A DNA stretch of 64,000 nucleotides from a virus (IMGVR_UViG_3300005529_000029:11240-75239), one strand, 5' to 3'. Positions 1-10,607 are shown, counted from the first letter of the stretch. Notes: generated from the sequence alone by a model not told the origin. Translations and numbers: made by a program.

Positions 1-3000
1 ACAATCCTCGTAATCCAGGAATCTTCTTTGCAAGAGTCGAAATTCCCTGTGGTGCCAATGAGCTTAATCCCGAAAAACCAGTTCCTCCAGCTTCAACTGG
101 CGAGACCGAAAACGTCCCGGATGAACTGCCACCGCTAGGATTCGTGATTGAACTCACTGCACTATGAGCCAGGTTCGGGAAGATGCTACTAAAACCTCCA
201 CTAGAACTTGTTCGTCGCGCGCCACCTGAATTACTGCCAGAGCCTGCACCATTTCCGGAACCGGTTCCAGCACCAGCATAAGTTGGATCGAGGAAGTTCA
301 TGATCGCGCGGAAGAACTTCGAGGTAATCCATTCTGAGAAGAGTTGAGCAAGAGTACTCCTGAAGGATTCAAGTAGATGCTTAAATCTGGCTTCTGGACC
401 TCTGGTAAGAGCATCTGTAAGTGAAGACTGAAAATCCTTCTGGAAATCGCCTATCGCTTTATGAAGTTTAGTGAATTGATCAACTCTCTGAGCCTCGGCA
501 ATGAGAGAATCTTTCTGGGCCTGACTCAGATCATCATATTCAGACTTCTCAAGTTTAAGAGCAACCTGCTGAGCATAGGTTAAGTTGAGGCTCCGCTTCC
601 GCTGTTCTTCAATCTCGATAAGAAGATTCTTGTATTGATCCTGAGTCTTGTTGAAATCCTGTTGTGCTTTATCAGCATTAATTGCATCCTGTGCCTGCTG
701 AGCATAATCGAGGATCGAGTCCTTCTGTTCTCCCGTCAATGTCCTATCGCGACGTAATTTTGCCCTGATAGTGTCGACAAAAGAGGATTCGTCTTTCTTT
801 GGGAACTTCTGTTCGATCTCACTCTGGAATCGCTCGAAAGTCTGTTGAGCTTTATCATTCTGGGCAATGACATCAAGAGCATGCCCCACCTGCTGAAGTT
901 GAGTGATAAAATTCCTCATGTCAGTAGGAGCAAACTTTTCCAAGAACTCAAAAAGTGGCAGTCCAGCCGCGGCTCTTTGCTGTTCATCTGTAAGAGATTT
1001 GAGAACAACTTTACGGGCATCCTCGAGTAAAGTCATCTCTTTGGTCTTCACACCGAGCTGATCTAATGAATCTTTAGCTTGTGCAGTTAACTCCGCAAGA
1101 CTCTTAAGACCTTCATCATGGCGTTTCATTCCATCTAACTGGAGAGTGAAGTCGAGAACGCCTTGTGCGAGTTTGGCAAATCCAGGGTGAGCTTTATCAA
1201 CCTGTTGAATGAACTTACTTAGATCATTCTCGGCCTCTGAACCGAAAGCCTTCTTTTTGGCTTCGTCCATGGCCTTGATTTCTTTGGCCATCTCTTTAAA
1301 GCCATCTTTAATAATCTCCTGCTTGACTTTCTCGAGATCAGAGACTTTGCCATAGTTATTAACCGCATCACTTAACTCATCGTATTCTTTCCTAAGATCG
1401 GCAAAAGGAACTTCAGAAGTCGCCGTCGATTTGGTTTTACGCAAACCACCAGATTTATTCAGACCAGTCGCATTTTGAACTGCCTGTCGATCCTGGTCTA
1501 ATTGTCTCTGAAGTTTGACATCCTCAGAGAACTGAGGCTCTTTCATCAGATCACGAACCATCTGCTGAGTTGTCTGACCATATTCCGGATGGGTTAATCG
1601 CCATTGAATTGCTTCATCGGTTCTGGATTGGATTCGTCTGGCAACATCGCCAGCCATTAATCCGCGAATCTTCTGATCAAGATTCTGAACTGCATTAGCC
1701 TGGTTATCGATCGCGTTTGTTCCGGCATCCATCTGGCCAGTGAAGAAGTTATAACGATTGCCAGTTTCAGTTAGTGCTGCATAAAACTGATCAAAATTAC
1801 CCTTCGTATTTCCAAGAGTTGTCTGTAGATCAAAGAACTGTCTCGCACCTTCTTTGGTGCCTCCAGTTAAAAGAAGTATCTTCTGTCGCAGTGACTCTGT
1901 TTGCTTTTCTAGTTCTAACGATTTCTCGGTTATGCGAGTGACTTGCTGCTGTAACTCATCAAATGGGAGTCCAGTATTCTTATCATATCTGAGTAAGCCT
2001 ACAGGCTGATAATTTTCAACATCTCGCTTATGTTGCTCAAGCTCATTGATAATCTGCTTCTCTTGCTGATAACTCTTCTGGAAACCGGAAATGACATCGC
2101 CACCCTGGACGAGTTGCTCTTGCTTTCGTAATGCCAGCTCTTTCGCTAACTCTTCATTCAGAAGTTTTAAAGCCTCAGTCTGATCATGCGCACTATTAAT
2201 TCGCTGGCGAGATGCAGGATCCAATAGATCATACGCATTCTTTAGATCAACATTGGAGTCGGCTAAACTCTTTGTTCCTACAGTGATTCCTTTTAGATCA
2301 TTATTGGCAGATTGCAAAATATTAATCTGCTTCTGTAAGGAAGTGATCTCATTCTCTGAGGCAATATGTAGCTCATTATAGTTTTGGATCAGTTTATAAA
2401 TTCCATAACCGATTGCAGCCACTCCTGCAATGACTAATCCATAGACTCCGGCAGTGAGTGCCATTGCTCCAGCGCTCATCTCTGCAGCTTCACCAACTCC
2501 CATGAAATAGAGTCTGACCTGCATTAACACTGAGAGTAATCGTGAGCCACCTTCACCACTGGCAATCATTGCCTGAAGATTAAAGGCCGCAAACGCAATA
2601 GTCGCGCTCGTAATTGCAACCGTTGTCGCGGAAAACGCACCTGGATATTGATTGATAAACGCCAGGACTGAACTTAAAACAGTGATAAATGGCCCAGACA
2701 GAATCGTTAAACTCTTCTCAATATTGGCAGTAAACTGATCGAACTGTGCTCCAATTGATTGCTGTTCTTTCTTAAACGCTTCATCGACCTTGCCAGCGGC
2801 AATACTCATCGACGTCAGATCAGAAGAGAAGACTTGAGCTCGATTTCCGGTAAGAGAAAGAACAGTTGCAAGGGCCTGTGTACCCGCAAAGAGTTTTCCG
2901 ATGGTAGAAACATTACCACCAGTCTTTTGGTAGACTTCATCAAGGAAACCACCTAATCCTTTTGCTCGAAGGCCAGTCTCATTAAACTCAATACCTAACT

Positions 3001-4294
3001 GTCTGGCTAATCTCTGAGTAGTCTCTGATGGTTCTTCAATATCTTTCAGAGCTGCTCGTAAACCAGAAATAGCTCTTTGTGGTCCAAGAGTCTCAGAGGA
3101 TGCAGAGATTGCTGCAAACATCTCTTCCATCTTTAATCCAGATGAAGCCGCTAATTCTGAGATTCCACCTAAATCTTTGGCAAGTTGAGGAATCGTAATA
3201 TGGCCTTTAGCCACTGTCTGGAACATCTCATCATAGATTCTTGTAAGATCAGATGACTTTAACCCAAAGGCATCCATCACGGTCGTTCCAGCTTGGATTG
3301 CATCTTCGGTGGATCCAATACCAGCGCGCGCGGCTTTGACCGAACTTGTTAATGCATCAAGAGCATCTTTCTGATCGATACCGGCTTTCAAAACTTCGTA
3401 ATATCCATGAGCAAGGTCAGAGGTCTTACCATATTCGGCACCAAGACCTATCACCTGCTCGCGAACTTTATTAATTGATTGATCTTCTCCTAATAACATA
3501 TTTACATTGGCAAACTCTCGCTCAGATTGAACGACTTCGGCAAAACCCTCCTGGATTAATCTCAATGCCTCAAAGAATGTCCGGCGTATGATTGTTCCCT
3601 GAAGGATCGCGACTAAAACGCTCCGACCCATCACTGCATCTGTATTCTGTACAGAAGTTGAGAGAGAATTTGATGCAGATGCAGCAGTGAGCATTACATT
3701 ACCAAGTCGCTGCATCGCTATCTCATATTGTCCTCCCGCGGTAAGAGGTTTAGTTGTGATACCACCACGTAACTGCGCGCCAATGAATCCCGATAAGTCA
3801 GTTGGAAATGCAGTTCCTCCAGTTTGGAGAGCACCTGCATCTGGACGGACGAACTTGAAATTCTGGATCTGTAATAATGATCGGTAATAGTTCTCAGCTT
3901 CCTGCCGAGCTGCAGCAAATCTCGCTTTAGTGACTTCACCCCATAACTCAGCACTACGTTTTGCCTGCGCGAACTGAGCATCTAATTTTGCCACCACTAA
4001 TCTAAGTTTCTCGATCGAAGGTGAAGCAAAATCAGCCATCTTCTTGACTGAATCACGAAGGTCTTGAACGCGCTGGTTCGCCAGTCTCAACTCTTCCTGT
4101 ATTTTCCGAACCTCCATGAACTTCCTCATGAAGTCGGCGACTCCAGGACCGAGCTTGGCCAGATCGGCCAACATTCGCGTAATTGACTGATCAATGGAAT
4201 CAAAGACAGATTTGACCTGTGGACCTTGCTGTTTTGCTGAGGTCGAATCTATCTCTATTCCAATACTGGCAATATCTAGATTATTGATGTCCAT
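1..4294 (-). CDS. Tail tape measure protein (TP901-like core), C-terminus beyond the window edge
   Basis: Not in the ORF track because it has no stop in the window. ATG at 4294 gives MDINNLDIASIGIEIDSTSAKQQ...; the same frame reads open at the left edge (LAPQGISTLAKKIPGLRGL). Core reads ...TSSVKAARAGIGSTEDAIQAGTTVMDAFGL...EMFQTVAKGHITIPQLA... Lies directly after the tail chaperone. Confidence 0.93.
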   Translation of the reverse strand, partial: MDINNLDIASIGIEIDSTSAKQQGPQVKSVFDSIDQSITRMLADLAKLGPGVADFMRKFMEVRKIQEELRLANQRVQDLRDSVKKMADFASPSIEKLRLVVAKLDAQFAQAKRSAELWGEVTKARFAAARQEAENYYRSLLQIQNFKFVRPDAGALQTGGTAFPTDLSGFIGAQLRGGITTKPLTAGGQYEIAMQRLGNVMLTAASASNSLSTSVQNTDAVMGRSVLVAILQGTIIRRTFFEALRLIQEGFAEVVQSEREFANVNMLLGEDQSINKVREQVIGLGAEYGKTSDLAHGYYEVLKAGIDQKDALDALTSSVKAARAGIGSTEDAIQAGTTVMDAFGLKSSDLTRIYDEMFQTVAKGHITIPQLAKDLGGISELAASSGLKMEEMFAAISASSETLGPQRAISGLRAALKDIEEPSETTQRLARQLGIEFNETGLRAKGLGGFLDEVYQKTGGNVSTIGKLFAGTQALATVLSLTGNRAQVFSSDLTSMSIAAGKVDEAFKKEQQSIGAQFDQFTANIEKSLTILSGPFITVLSSVLAFINQYPGAFSATTVAITSATIAFAAFNLQAMIASGEGGSRLLSVLMQVRLYFMGVGEAAEMSAGAMALTAGVYGLVIAGVAAIGYGIYKLIQNYNELHIASENEITSLQKQINILQSANNDLKGITVGTKSLADSNVDLKNAYDLLDPASRQRINSAHDQTEALKLLNEELAKELALRKQEQLVQGGDVISGFQKSYQQEKQIINELEQHKRDVENYQPVGLLRYDKNTGLPFDELQQQVTRITEKSLELEKQTESLRQKILLLTGGTKEGARQFFDLQTTLGNTKGNFDQFYAALTETGNRYNFFTGQMDAGTNAIDNQANAVQNLDQKIRGLMAGDVARRIQSRTDEAIQWRLTHPEYGQTTQQMVRDLMKEPQFSEDVKLQRQLDQDRQAVQNATGLNKSGGLRKTKSTATSEVPFADLRKEYDELSDAVNNYGKVSDLEKVKQEIIKDGFKEMAKEIKAMDEAKKKAFGSEAENDLSKFIQQVDKAHPGFAKLAQGVLDFTLQLDGMKRHDEGLKSLAELTAQAKDSLDQLGVKTKEMTLLEDARKVVLKSLTDEQQRAAAGLPLFEFLEKFAPTDMRNFITQLQQVGHALDVIAQNDKAQQTFERFQSEIEQKFPKKDESSFVDTIRAKLRRDRTLTGEQKDSILDYAQQAQDAINADKAQQDFNKTQDQYKNLLIEIEEQRKRSLNLTYAQQVALKLEKSEYDDLSQAQKDSLIAEAQRVDQFTKLHKAIGDFQKDFQSSLTDALTRGPEARFKHLLESFRSTLAQLFSEWITSKFFRAIMNFLDPTYAGAGTGSGNGAGSGSNSGGARRTSSSGGFSSIFPNLAHSAVSSITNPSGGSSSGTFSVSPVEAGGTGFSGLSSLAPQGISTLAKKIPGLRGL

Positions 4295-4651
4295 TTAATC
4301 AGTCTTGTTTATGTGTGAAACGAATAGCTGATCGAGGTCTTTAATCCTATCAATCAGCCATGGATTAAGGAAAATGCGGTGAAGCTGGCAATAAAAGAAC
4401 AAGTCTGACCAGGATAACAGATCGATGCCAAAACCTGTTGATCGGCGACCCTTATTTACCTCAAAGAAGATATCAAGGATCGCCGCAGATTCAGGCATCA
4501 GCTCAGGCTCTCTATTCTCAGGTCGTATCAGGGACTTCCCTGACTCTTTTTCCTGCTCTTCAATCTTGCGGAGTGCAGGCAGAAAATCCGTTCTCTTTGG
4601 CCCAGCAACTAAGAGACGGAAACGCCAGTCTGCCCACTCTCGGAGTTTTTT
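4295..4651 (-). CDS. Tail assembly chaperone frameshift extension (gpGT-like C-terminal part)
   Basis: The -1 frame from slippery A AAA AAC (4651-4645) reads KLREWADWRFRLL... and continues in frame into ORF 4498-4295 (RRSTGFGIDLLSWSDLFFYCQL). Confidence 0.85.
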   Translation of the reverse strand, partial: KKLREWADWRFRLLVAGPKRTDFLPALRKIEEQEKESGKSLIRPENREPELMPESAAILDIFFEVNKGRRSTGFGIDLLSWSDLFFYCQLHRIFLNPWLIDRIKDLDQLFVSHINKTD

Positions 4652-5040
4652 TCGATAACCGCCAGGAAGTTCTTGCGGTTATTGATAAATTGATCAACTT
4701 GCTCCCGGATGAATGCAAGTTTTGAGTTTTTATAGAGCTGATAGGCAGTCTCAAACTTGCAGGCAACTGGCTGTCCATCCTGAGTGATTCCTTCCCACTC
4801 AAGAGTGCAGGCAGCAAGAACTTTGATTCCAGCTTCCTGTTGACCTTCAAGGGATCCTTTACCTTGAAGGTATTTTTCCCTTGCGGTATTAATGTATTTG
4901 CTCTCAGCGGTTCGATAAACGTCGCTATCTACACCGGCGAGTTTGATCCGAATGTCTGTGTCTTTTCCATTAGGAAGAACAATCGTTAGCCATTGCCCAT
5001 CATCAGAGGTATTACTCTGCATTAATGCTGTGATATCCAT
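4609..5040 (-). CDS. Tail assembly chaperone (gpG-like)
   Basis: 143 aa between tail tube and tape measure genes; IKLAGVDSDVYR and LAACTLEWEGI motifs; ends at a slippery heptamer. Confidence 0.85.
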   Translation of the reverse strand: MDITALMQSNTSDDGQWLTIVLPNGKDTDIRIKLAGVDSDVYRTAESKYINTAREKYLQGKGSLEGQQEAGIKVLAACTLEWEGITQDGQPVACKFETAYQLYKNSKLAFIREQVDQFINNRKNFLAVIEKNSESGQTGVSVS

Positions 5041-5091
5041 CAGGAATTTAACCGCGTATTAGCGGCCCCTTTCTTAGTTGGAATTGCGAAA

Positions 5092-6285
5092 TTAGATATT
5101 GGTTATTTGCTCAATGAAGAACTTGGTTCCATAGGTCGAGTCATACTCGGCATAGAACATCATGTCCTGAGTTATGCTCTTTCCAGTTTTCTTATCTGTC
5201 TTTGTTACACAACAGGTCGGAAAATTCAGCCGGTACTTATCACCCTTGCTCTGGTCGACAATAGTGATCTGCGCCGAAATACGAGTGCCATTCTTCATCT
5301 TGGTGAGATAGGTCTCATCAAAGAAATAGGCGTTGATGGCAACCTCAGATCGGAAGATATCTTGCTCAATATGAGAAGGAACTTGAGAACCAACCTGATT
5401 CTTAGCATCGCGGCCATTCTTGAAATCGATCTTAACCGATTCACCACCAGTCAAAGTTGCTAGATTGGCCAGTCCAGCGTCACCAAGTTGTAAGGAGCAT
5501 CCAGAGACCGCGCCGGCATCTGGAACGTTATTATTTGTCGCCGTATAAGTTGATCCTGCGACTTGCGCAAGAGCCTGCGTCAGTCCGACAATTGGGAACG
5601 TCGCTTTAACAGCACCAGAAGTAGGTATATCGATCGTCGCATCGCCCACTTCACAGCCGGCATAGACTTCATAAACGATTGGCGAAAGATCACCGAACTG
5701 CTGCTCGATCGAAAGGGTTGGCCTTGATGTTCCACCGGCAATAGCAACTTGTCGGTTACTCAGGAAAGTGACCGAGACTGGACCGGCCTCATCAACACAG
5801 GCTTCAGTAAATGTTAACTGTGTCGATGAAATCGCTGTGATTGTCTTGATGCCATTATTACTGACTGATCCGGAGATAGTGACTCGATCGCCAATGGCCA
5901 GCCGAGCTGAGCCTAGGGGATCTGTTAAGAAGTTACCTGACGTCGCCGTGAACTTCTTTGTTCCGGCTGCAAAACCGCCACTGCGAGTAACAGTGATAGT
6001 TGCAAACGCTCCACCAATTGCAGATTCGATGAATCTGAGAATTGCGGCTTCATTGACCATCAAAGTGTCGATAGATCCGCGTGGAGTGAATGTTCCACCA
6101 ACCTGTACGCCACCCTGTCGATCTGACCTGACCATTGCGGCTTCCTCATATTTCTGCTCGAGATTGATGATCGAATTCTCGAGATGAGGAATAATGCTAT
6201 AGGCTGGAGTCGCTGGTGTCGTCCCAACTGTGACCTCTGGAATGAGGCTAAATTGGGTTACGCTACTTGATGCTGGTCTGGCCAT
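5092..6285 (-). CDS. Major tail tube protein
   Basis: 397 aa, Thr/Gly/Ser-rich; EVTVGTTPATP N-terminal motif typical of tail tube proteins; synteny. Confidence 0.85.
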   Translation of the reverse strand: MARPASSSVTQFSLIPEVTVGTTPATPAYSIIPHLENSIINLEQKYEEAAMVRSDRQGGVQVGGTFTPRGSIDTLMVNEAAILRFIESAIGGAFATITVTRSGGFAAGTKKFTATSGNFLTDPLGSARLAIGDRVTISGSVSNNGIKTITAISSTQLTFTEACVDEAGPVSVTFLSNRQVAIAGGTSRPTLSIEQQFGDLSPIVYEVYAGCEVGDATIDIPTSGAVKATFPIVGLTQALAQVAGSTYTATNNNVPDAGAVSGCSLQLGDAGLANLATLTGGESVKIDFKNGRDAKNQVGSQVPSHIEQDIFRSEVAINAYFFDETYLTKMKNGTRISAQITIVDQSKGDKYRLNFPTCCVTKTDKKTGKSITQDMMFYAEYDSTYGTKFFIEQITNI

Positions 6286-6298
6286 AATCGCTCCTTAT

Positions 6299-6754
6299 TT
6301 AAAAAGTAACTGACTCGTAAAAATCGAATGGTGTATTGACAATCATTCGAAAGCACCCATCATCTGGAATCTGCCGTGGCAAACTTGATGCGCGAAAAAG
6401 CAATCCACTGAAACTGGCCCGGTTAAATATCGCCCTTGCATAATCGACCAAAAGATTCAGAGCTGATGTACCATTGCCCTTTGGTCCCATCACTGATAAC
6501 TGGACAGTGCCAAAACATTGATTCTGGCCACCACCATTCTGACCAATTGTTGCTATTGCAGATGGACCCATCAAAATATCTAGTTGCAACCAAGCTGAAT
6601 CTGTTGGTGGTCGATCTATAATTGAGCCATCAACGTTAACCAATCCCTTCACGTTTGGGTACTGAATCGGAGTCCGAGGATTATTGCTATTATCAACCCA
6701 GAGGGTCTTAAGCCGCGATTCAATAGCACTCCGGATTATCTCTGTCGTTCCCAT
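6299..6754 (-). CDS. Tail terminator-like protein
   Basis: 151 aa; GTVQLSVMGPKGNGT motif; immediately before the tail tube gene. Confidence 0.7.
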   Translation of the reverse strand: MGTTEIIRSAIESRLKTLWVDNSNNPRTPIQYPNVKGLVNVDGSIIDRPPTDSAWLQLDILMGPSAIATIGQNGGGQNQCFGTVQLSVMGPKGNGTSALNLLVDYARAIFNRASFSGLLFRASSLPRQIPDDGCFRMIVNTPFDFYESVTF

Positions 6755-7150
6755 TTACTGTCTCTCTGCAATCTGAAGAACCGCAGGCGCTACAACCTTT
6801 ACAATTCCGACTGGCGCCTGTTGTGATGTCCCATTCTCTAGACCTTTAACGACGTAATCTAAAGAATTCGTTATATACGTCTTCGATGGTTCTTTGATCT
6901 GAGCTGCAAACTCGGCAGCTTGAACTTTTCCCTCATATCCATCTGGATCCCGCGCATCCATATCAACGGAGGTATCAGGTTCATCAATCGCGTTATTCCA
7001 GTTTGCCCTTGCTCGACCGGTCTTCACTGGTGTCTGATCAATAAGGAGTTGCGCAGCAGCAATATGCACTCGCTGATGTTTCTGTACGACCTTTTTAGGG
7101 ATCGTCTCTTCAGTGAATCTCAGAAAGACCTGTTGATAATTGCTACTCAT
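6755..7150 (-). CDS. HK97 gp10-like tail completion protein
   Basis: TPVKTGRARANW and YITNSLDYVVKGLENGTSQQAPVG motifs. Confidence 0.85.
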   Translation of the reverse strand: MSSNYQQVFLRFTEETIPKKVVQKHQRVHIAAAQLLIDQTPVKTGRARANWNNAIDEPDTSVDMDARDPDGYEGKVQAAEFAAQIKEPSKTYITNSLDYVVKGLENGTSQQAPVGIVKVVAPAVLQIAERQ

Positions 7151-7563
7151 GCTTGTTCCAGGTAGAGTAAGTAACTTAGGATGGTCCCATCCGGCGCATC
7201 AGGTTCAAAGTTCCTGATATTGAAATAAATGCCGTCTCTACCGCGTTTAATCTGGCCCTGAAGGGTGACACTGAAACTAAGTGGGCTTCCGGATGTATCT
7301 AAAACCGCCATCTGGAATTGAGCCTTCTCAGTTGCCGGATCGGATTGACTCTTTCCAGTCTTACGTTGAAATGAATCTTCATCCAGGCTTTGCCAGATCC
7401 CAACAATCGCATGTGATCGACTGACTTCATTTCCCTGACTCAGTACTCCGGAAGTTGTGTTATAGCCAGTCGCTCCCTCGGCGATATAAAGACTTGTCTG
7501 ATCTCCAATTTTAAGAGCTGCTTTAAGAGCTGCTCTTTGGAGGGTTAGATCGATATTTCCCAT
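7147..7563 (-). CDS. Putative head closure / head-tail joining protein
   Basis: 138 aa; GYNTTSG motif; position between adaptor and gp10-like genes. Confidence 0.55.
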   Translation of the reverse strand: MGNIDLTLQRAALKAALKIGDQTSLYIAEGATGYNTTSGVLSQGNEVSRSHAIVGIWQSLDEDSFQRKTGKSQSDPATEKAQFQMAVLDTSGSPLSFSVTLQGQIKRGRDGIYFNIRNFEPDAPDGTILSYLLYLEQA

Positions 7564-7598
7564 CTTAGTCTTTCAAAGGGATTTATATACTTAAGTTC

Positions 7599-7841
7599 CT
7601 ATTTCCCTTCAGGGCGTTTATCCAAGCCTTTTTCGGCTAGCACTTCTGCGACGTCATCCACATGTAGGCAATCGACCATGCAAGCGAAGTCATTGAACGG
7701 CTGAATTACTGCGATATTGCCATTGCAATAATCATTTCCCGCAGTTGCGCTGTGGAGTACGCCATAGGCTATGACCTTACCCCCTTCCAGCTTCACGATT
7801 TTGTCTCCGTTTTTTGCTTCACGTCCGTTTCTGTAGTGCAT
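7599..7841 (-). CDS. Small hypothetical phage protein (MHYRNGREAKNGDKIV type)
   Basis: ATG at 7841 downstream of an AAAGGA RBS; sits inside the head-tail cluster. Confidence 0.7.
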   Translation of the reverse strand: MHYRNGREAKNGDKIVKLEGGKVIAYGVLHSATAGNDYCNGNIAVIQPFNDFACMVDCLHVDDVAEVLAEKGLDKRPEGK

Positions 7842-7862
7842 TTTGTTTTTTCCTTTCAAAGA

Positions 7863-8348
7863 TCAGCAACCACCTTGACCAAGGCAATTCATCGTCATGG
7901 ATACGATTCCAATTGGATTTACTGCCACTTGAGCATTACAGGTCCAGCAGGTTGTGAGAGCACAACCACAATAAGGTCTTGGTGAAACATTGCCGCCAAG
8001 AAGTGGCATCGCAACCACAACATAAGGTCCGCGCTGTGGCGTATCATAGAGGAGAAATAGTCCCTGCATAACCAGGTAATCTCTCGTGCGAGTATCAGAA
8101 CTATCAACTCCATATTTGCCGCCAAAGATTCGATCAGCGCGTTCGCCAAGATTATCGATGTCATCCATCAAAGCATTTAGGTACTGATTCTGAGCATCTG
8201 TAAGTGAAGCTAACTTCGCTGCCAGATTTGGGAATCGTCCAGGATGCTTTAAATACATATCGAGATTCCGGATTAATGTAAGCCAGCGTAGTTGTCGGAT
8301 AGCCGATAACGCTGGTGACGCATTCTGAATCTCGATAGTTGTGGGCAT
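7863..8348 (-). CDS. Putative head-tail adaptor / hypothetical virion protein
   Basis: 161-aa ORF in the adaptor position; Cys-rich C-terminus. Confidence 0.5.
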   Translation of the reverse strand: MPTTIEIQNASPALSAIRQLRWLTLIRNLDMYLKHPGRFPNLAAKLASLTDAQNQYLNALMDDIDNLGERADRIFGGKYGVDSSDTRTRDYLVMQGLFLLYDTPQRGPYVVVAMPLLGGNVSPRPYCGCALTTCWTCNAQVAVNPIGIVSMTMNCLGQGGC

Positions 8349-8359
8349 TACTTCGTCTC

Positions 8360-8770
8360 TTAGGTCTTAGTCTCAGATGGCCTTGTGGCATCACTTAACA
8401 TCGACTGGTAAGTGATATTCTCATCTTCTTTCTCACGAAGCTGCTGCCTGAGACTCTCTATCTCTTTCTCAGCATCATTGAGCTTTGATTCCAGGGAAAG
8501 ATTTCGTGGTCCAGACGGCGCCTCGATCGTAACTTTTGTCTTTCCCTTTTCAGCATCATTTGCTGGACGAATGACCTCAAGACGAACGAGCTTCTTAATC
8601 TCAGGATCACTCGGATCATGTTCGAAGACATCGCCTCGAAACTTGGGGAGAGCATTAATAGATTTATCGCCTACTTTGAATGGCGGAACTGTTGCCCCGC
8701 CACTCAGCATCACAAACTTAGACATTTTCGATTCCGGCGCCTTTGCGCCTACCTGCGTATTAGCAGCCAT
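8360..8770 (-). CDS. Hypothetical protein after major capsid (C-terminal coiled coil)
   Basis: 136 aa with an AAGGA RBS. Confidence 0.7.
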   Translation of the reverse strand: MAANTQVGAKAPESKMSKFVMLSGGATVPPFKVGDKSINALPKFRGDVFEHDPSDPEIKKLVRLEVIRPANDAEKGKTKVTIEAPSGPRNLSLESKLNDAEKEIESLRQQLREKEDENITYQSMLSDATRPSETKT

Positions 8771-8807
8771 CGTACTTTCCTTTCTTAAGTGAGTTCGGGA
8801 CGTATCA

Positions 8808-9833
8808 TTACGACACGTCGATGATAACTATCGCAGATGGATAGAAGATTACTGGTCCACCGTTATGACCCTTTTCAACTTCGAGTCGGCGTGGCGTGGG
8901 TTGACCATGCTCTGCTGAATCGTAGACATAGGTGTATGGTCCAGGAGCAAAACCAGGCGTCGATGCAGAGCGGACCATTCGGTACTGTCCAAGTGGCTCT
9001 CCATTTGGACGGTTGCCGACCAGAATCACCTTGCCATCAGGAATGAACTTGTGGAAGGTCTTGGAATCATCGAAGTAGCCTTCATTATATATCACGAACT
9101 TTGGCAGATTATACGCGCGAAGAACGAAGTTTACGTCAACTTCACCATTGACTGTTGATCCACCGCCAATACGCTTGCCGCCAAGATCACTGGCATTAGT
9201 ATTATTGACAAGATCATTCCAGGTCTTCAGATTGCAATAGCAGGTCGCATCAGGTCCAAACGAAACTGAGTGGCCATCTGCCAATAACTGTGCTCCCTGA
9301 AGATCAACTAATGGTGTTGCTGATGAATGGGTGCTCCACGTTGACGCATCGTATGTCTGGAGGTCAAATCCAGCTTTGTACTGGACGATTCCTTTGACGT
9401 CGGAAACAGAGATCGTGCCCGTTCCCACGAGTGTCCAGATGATATATCTAATTCGCGTGATTTCACGAATCCGGAGTTGCTCGTTCAACTCCATGATGTA
9501 CTCTTCGAGATCGATTACAGTGCCGATGGAAGTTACCTGCTTGCGCTTAAGTATTTCCTTTTCGGAAACTGGAACTTTTTCCGAGAATACGCCGGGATCC
9601 ATCTGGAACTCAGTATCAGAAAGACGGCTGATTAACGGTACTTCACCTTCCAGTCCACGGACGTTTTGTAGACCGCGGTAATTATCACGCTGGAACCATT
9701 GAAGCGTGAAAACATCTTTATTGACCATCGGGAAGAACTGGAATTCAGGGCCATTCATATTCTGGTCGGCAATGAAATCAGCATTGATCCTCATTAACTC
9801 GACCGCTCTCGGATATCTGATAATTTCTGTCAT
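8808..9833 (-). CDS. Major capsid protein (lambda gpE-like)
   Basis: 341 aa; WSTHSSATPLVDL and YNEGYFDDSKTFHKFIPDGKVILVG motifs; GGAGG RBS; synteny. Confidence 0.9.
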   Translation of the reverse strand: MTEIIRYPRAVELMRINADFIADQNMNGPEFQFFPMVNKDVFTLQWFQRDNYRGLQNVRGLEGEVPLISRLSDTEFQMDPGVFSEKVPVSEKEILKRKQVTSIGTVIDLEEYIMELNEQLRIREITRIRYIIWTLVGTGTISVSDVKGIVQYKAGFDLQTYDASTWSTHSSATPLVDLQGAQLLADGHSVSFGPDATCYCNLKTWNDLVNNTNASDLGGKRIGGGSTVNGEVDVNFVLRAYNLPKFVIYNEGYFDDSKTFHKFIPDGKVILVGNRPNGEPLGQYRMVRSASTPGFAPGPYTYVYDSAEHGQPTPRRLEVEKGHNGGPVIFYPSAIVIIDVS

Positions 9834-9848
9834 TTTGTTCCTCCAGGA

Positions 9849-10601
9849 TTAGAATATGAACGAGTCTGAAGTCTGACGACCACCAAGATCGGCAATCGCA
9901 TCAGCATTCAGTCCGGTTATAGCCGCGGTAGCAAACTCACCACCTATCCAAACTTCAGTAGTCAGTTCACCGAGAATTTCAGTAAGTACGGTATTACCCT
10001 GAGTGATCAGGTTATTAGCATCAGAGATCGAGTCAGCTCTCAGAATGCCAATCGCCTTTGCTGTACCGTCCGTCTTCGCTCGACAGGTATTTGTGAGAGG
10101 CGGTTCAACGGCGGCAAGAGCTGCAGTAAGATCAGCCGCATCAAAGACGAACGCAGAACCGTCGTTATTTTTGAATAGTCTGAGCACTGGTGATCCGACA
10201 AGAGCCGTGATATACCAGTTAACTGATGTCGCTCCTGTTGGAAGCGGCGTAACTGCACTCACAGAACCCTTATGCAAGCTATCACCAGGGGACCATTGCA
10301 CGACCGGCGATAAAGTTGTCTCACCATTGGCATTCACAAAGGTATAGCCAATTGTATAGTTGCCAGCCGGTACAGTACCTGCTGCGCCATTAGCGACGAC
10401 TGGGGCAGCAGCAGGAACGGCAACGCGAGTACTATCAAAAGTAGTGAGTTGCTTGTTGGATGTTAAGGCAGCGACGACGGTGCCTTTTGCGAGAGTCGAA
10501 TTAGCCTGCATCGGATAAGGAGCAAGAGACGGCCTCTTGATATTTTCCCGAATCGGCTCCAGGACATCGATCGAATATTGTCTGACAACATTCTGAGTCA
10601 T
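9849..10601 (-). CDS. Head decoration protein with inserted beta-rich domain
   Basis: LAKGTVVA...DGTAKAIGIL decoration motifs; lies between protease and capsid genes. Confidence 0.7.
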   Translation of the reverse strand: MTQNVVRQYSIDVLEPIRENIKRPSLAPYPMQANSTLAKGTVVAALTSNKQLTTFDSTRVAVPAAAPVVANGAAGTVPAGNYTIGYTFVNANGETTLSPVVQWSPGDSLHKGSVSAVTPLPTGATSVNWYITALVGSPVLRLFKNNDGSAFVFDAADLTAALAAVEPPLTNTCRAKTDGTAKAIGILRADSISDANNLITQGNTVLTEILGELTTEVWIGGEFATAAITGLNADAIADLGGRQTSDSFIF

Positions 10602-10607
10602 TATGGA

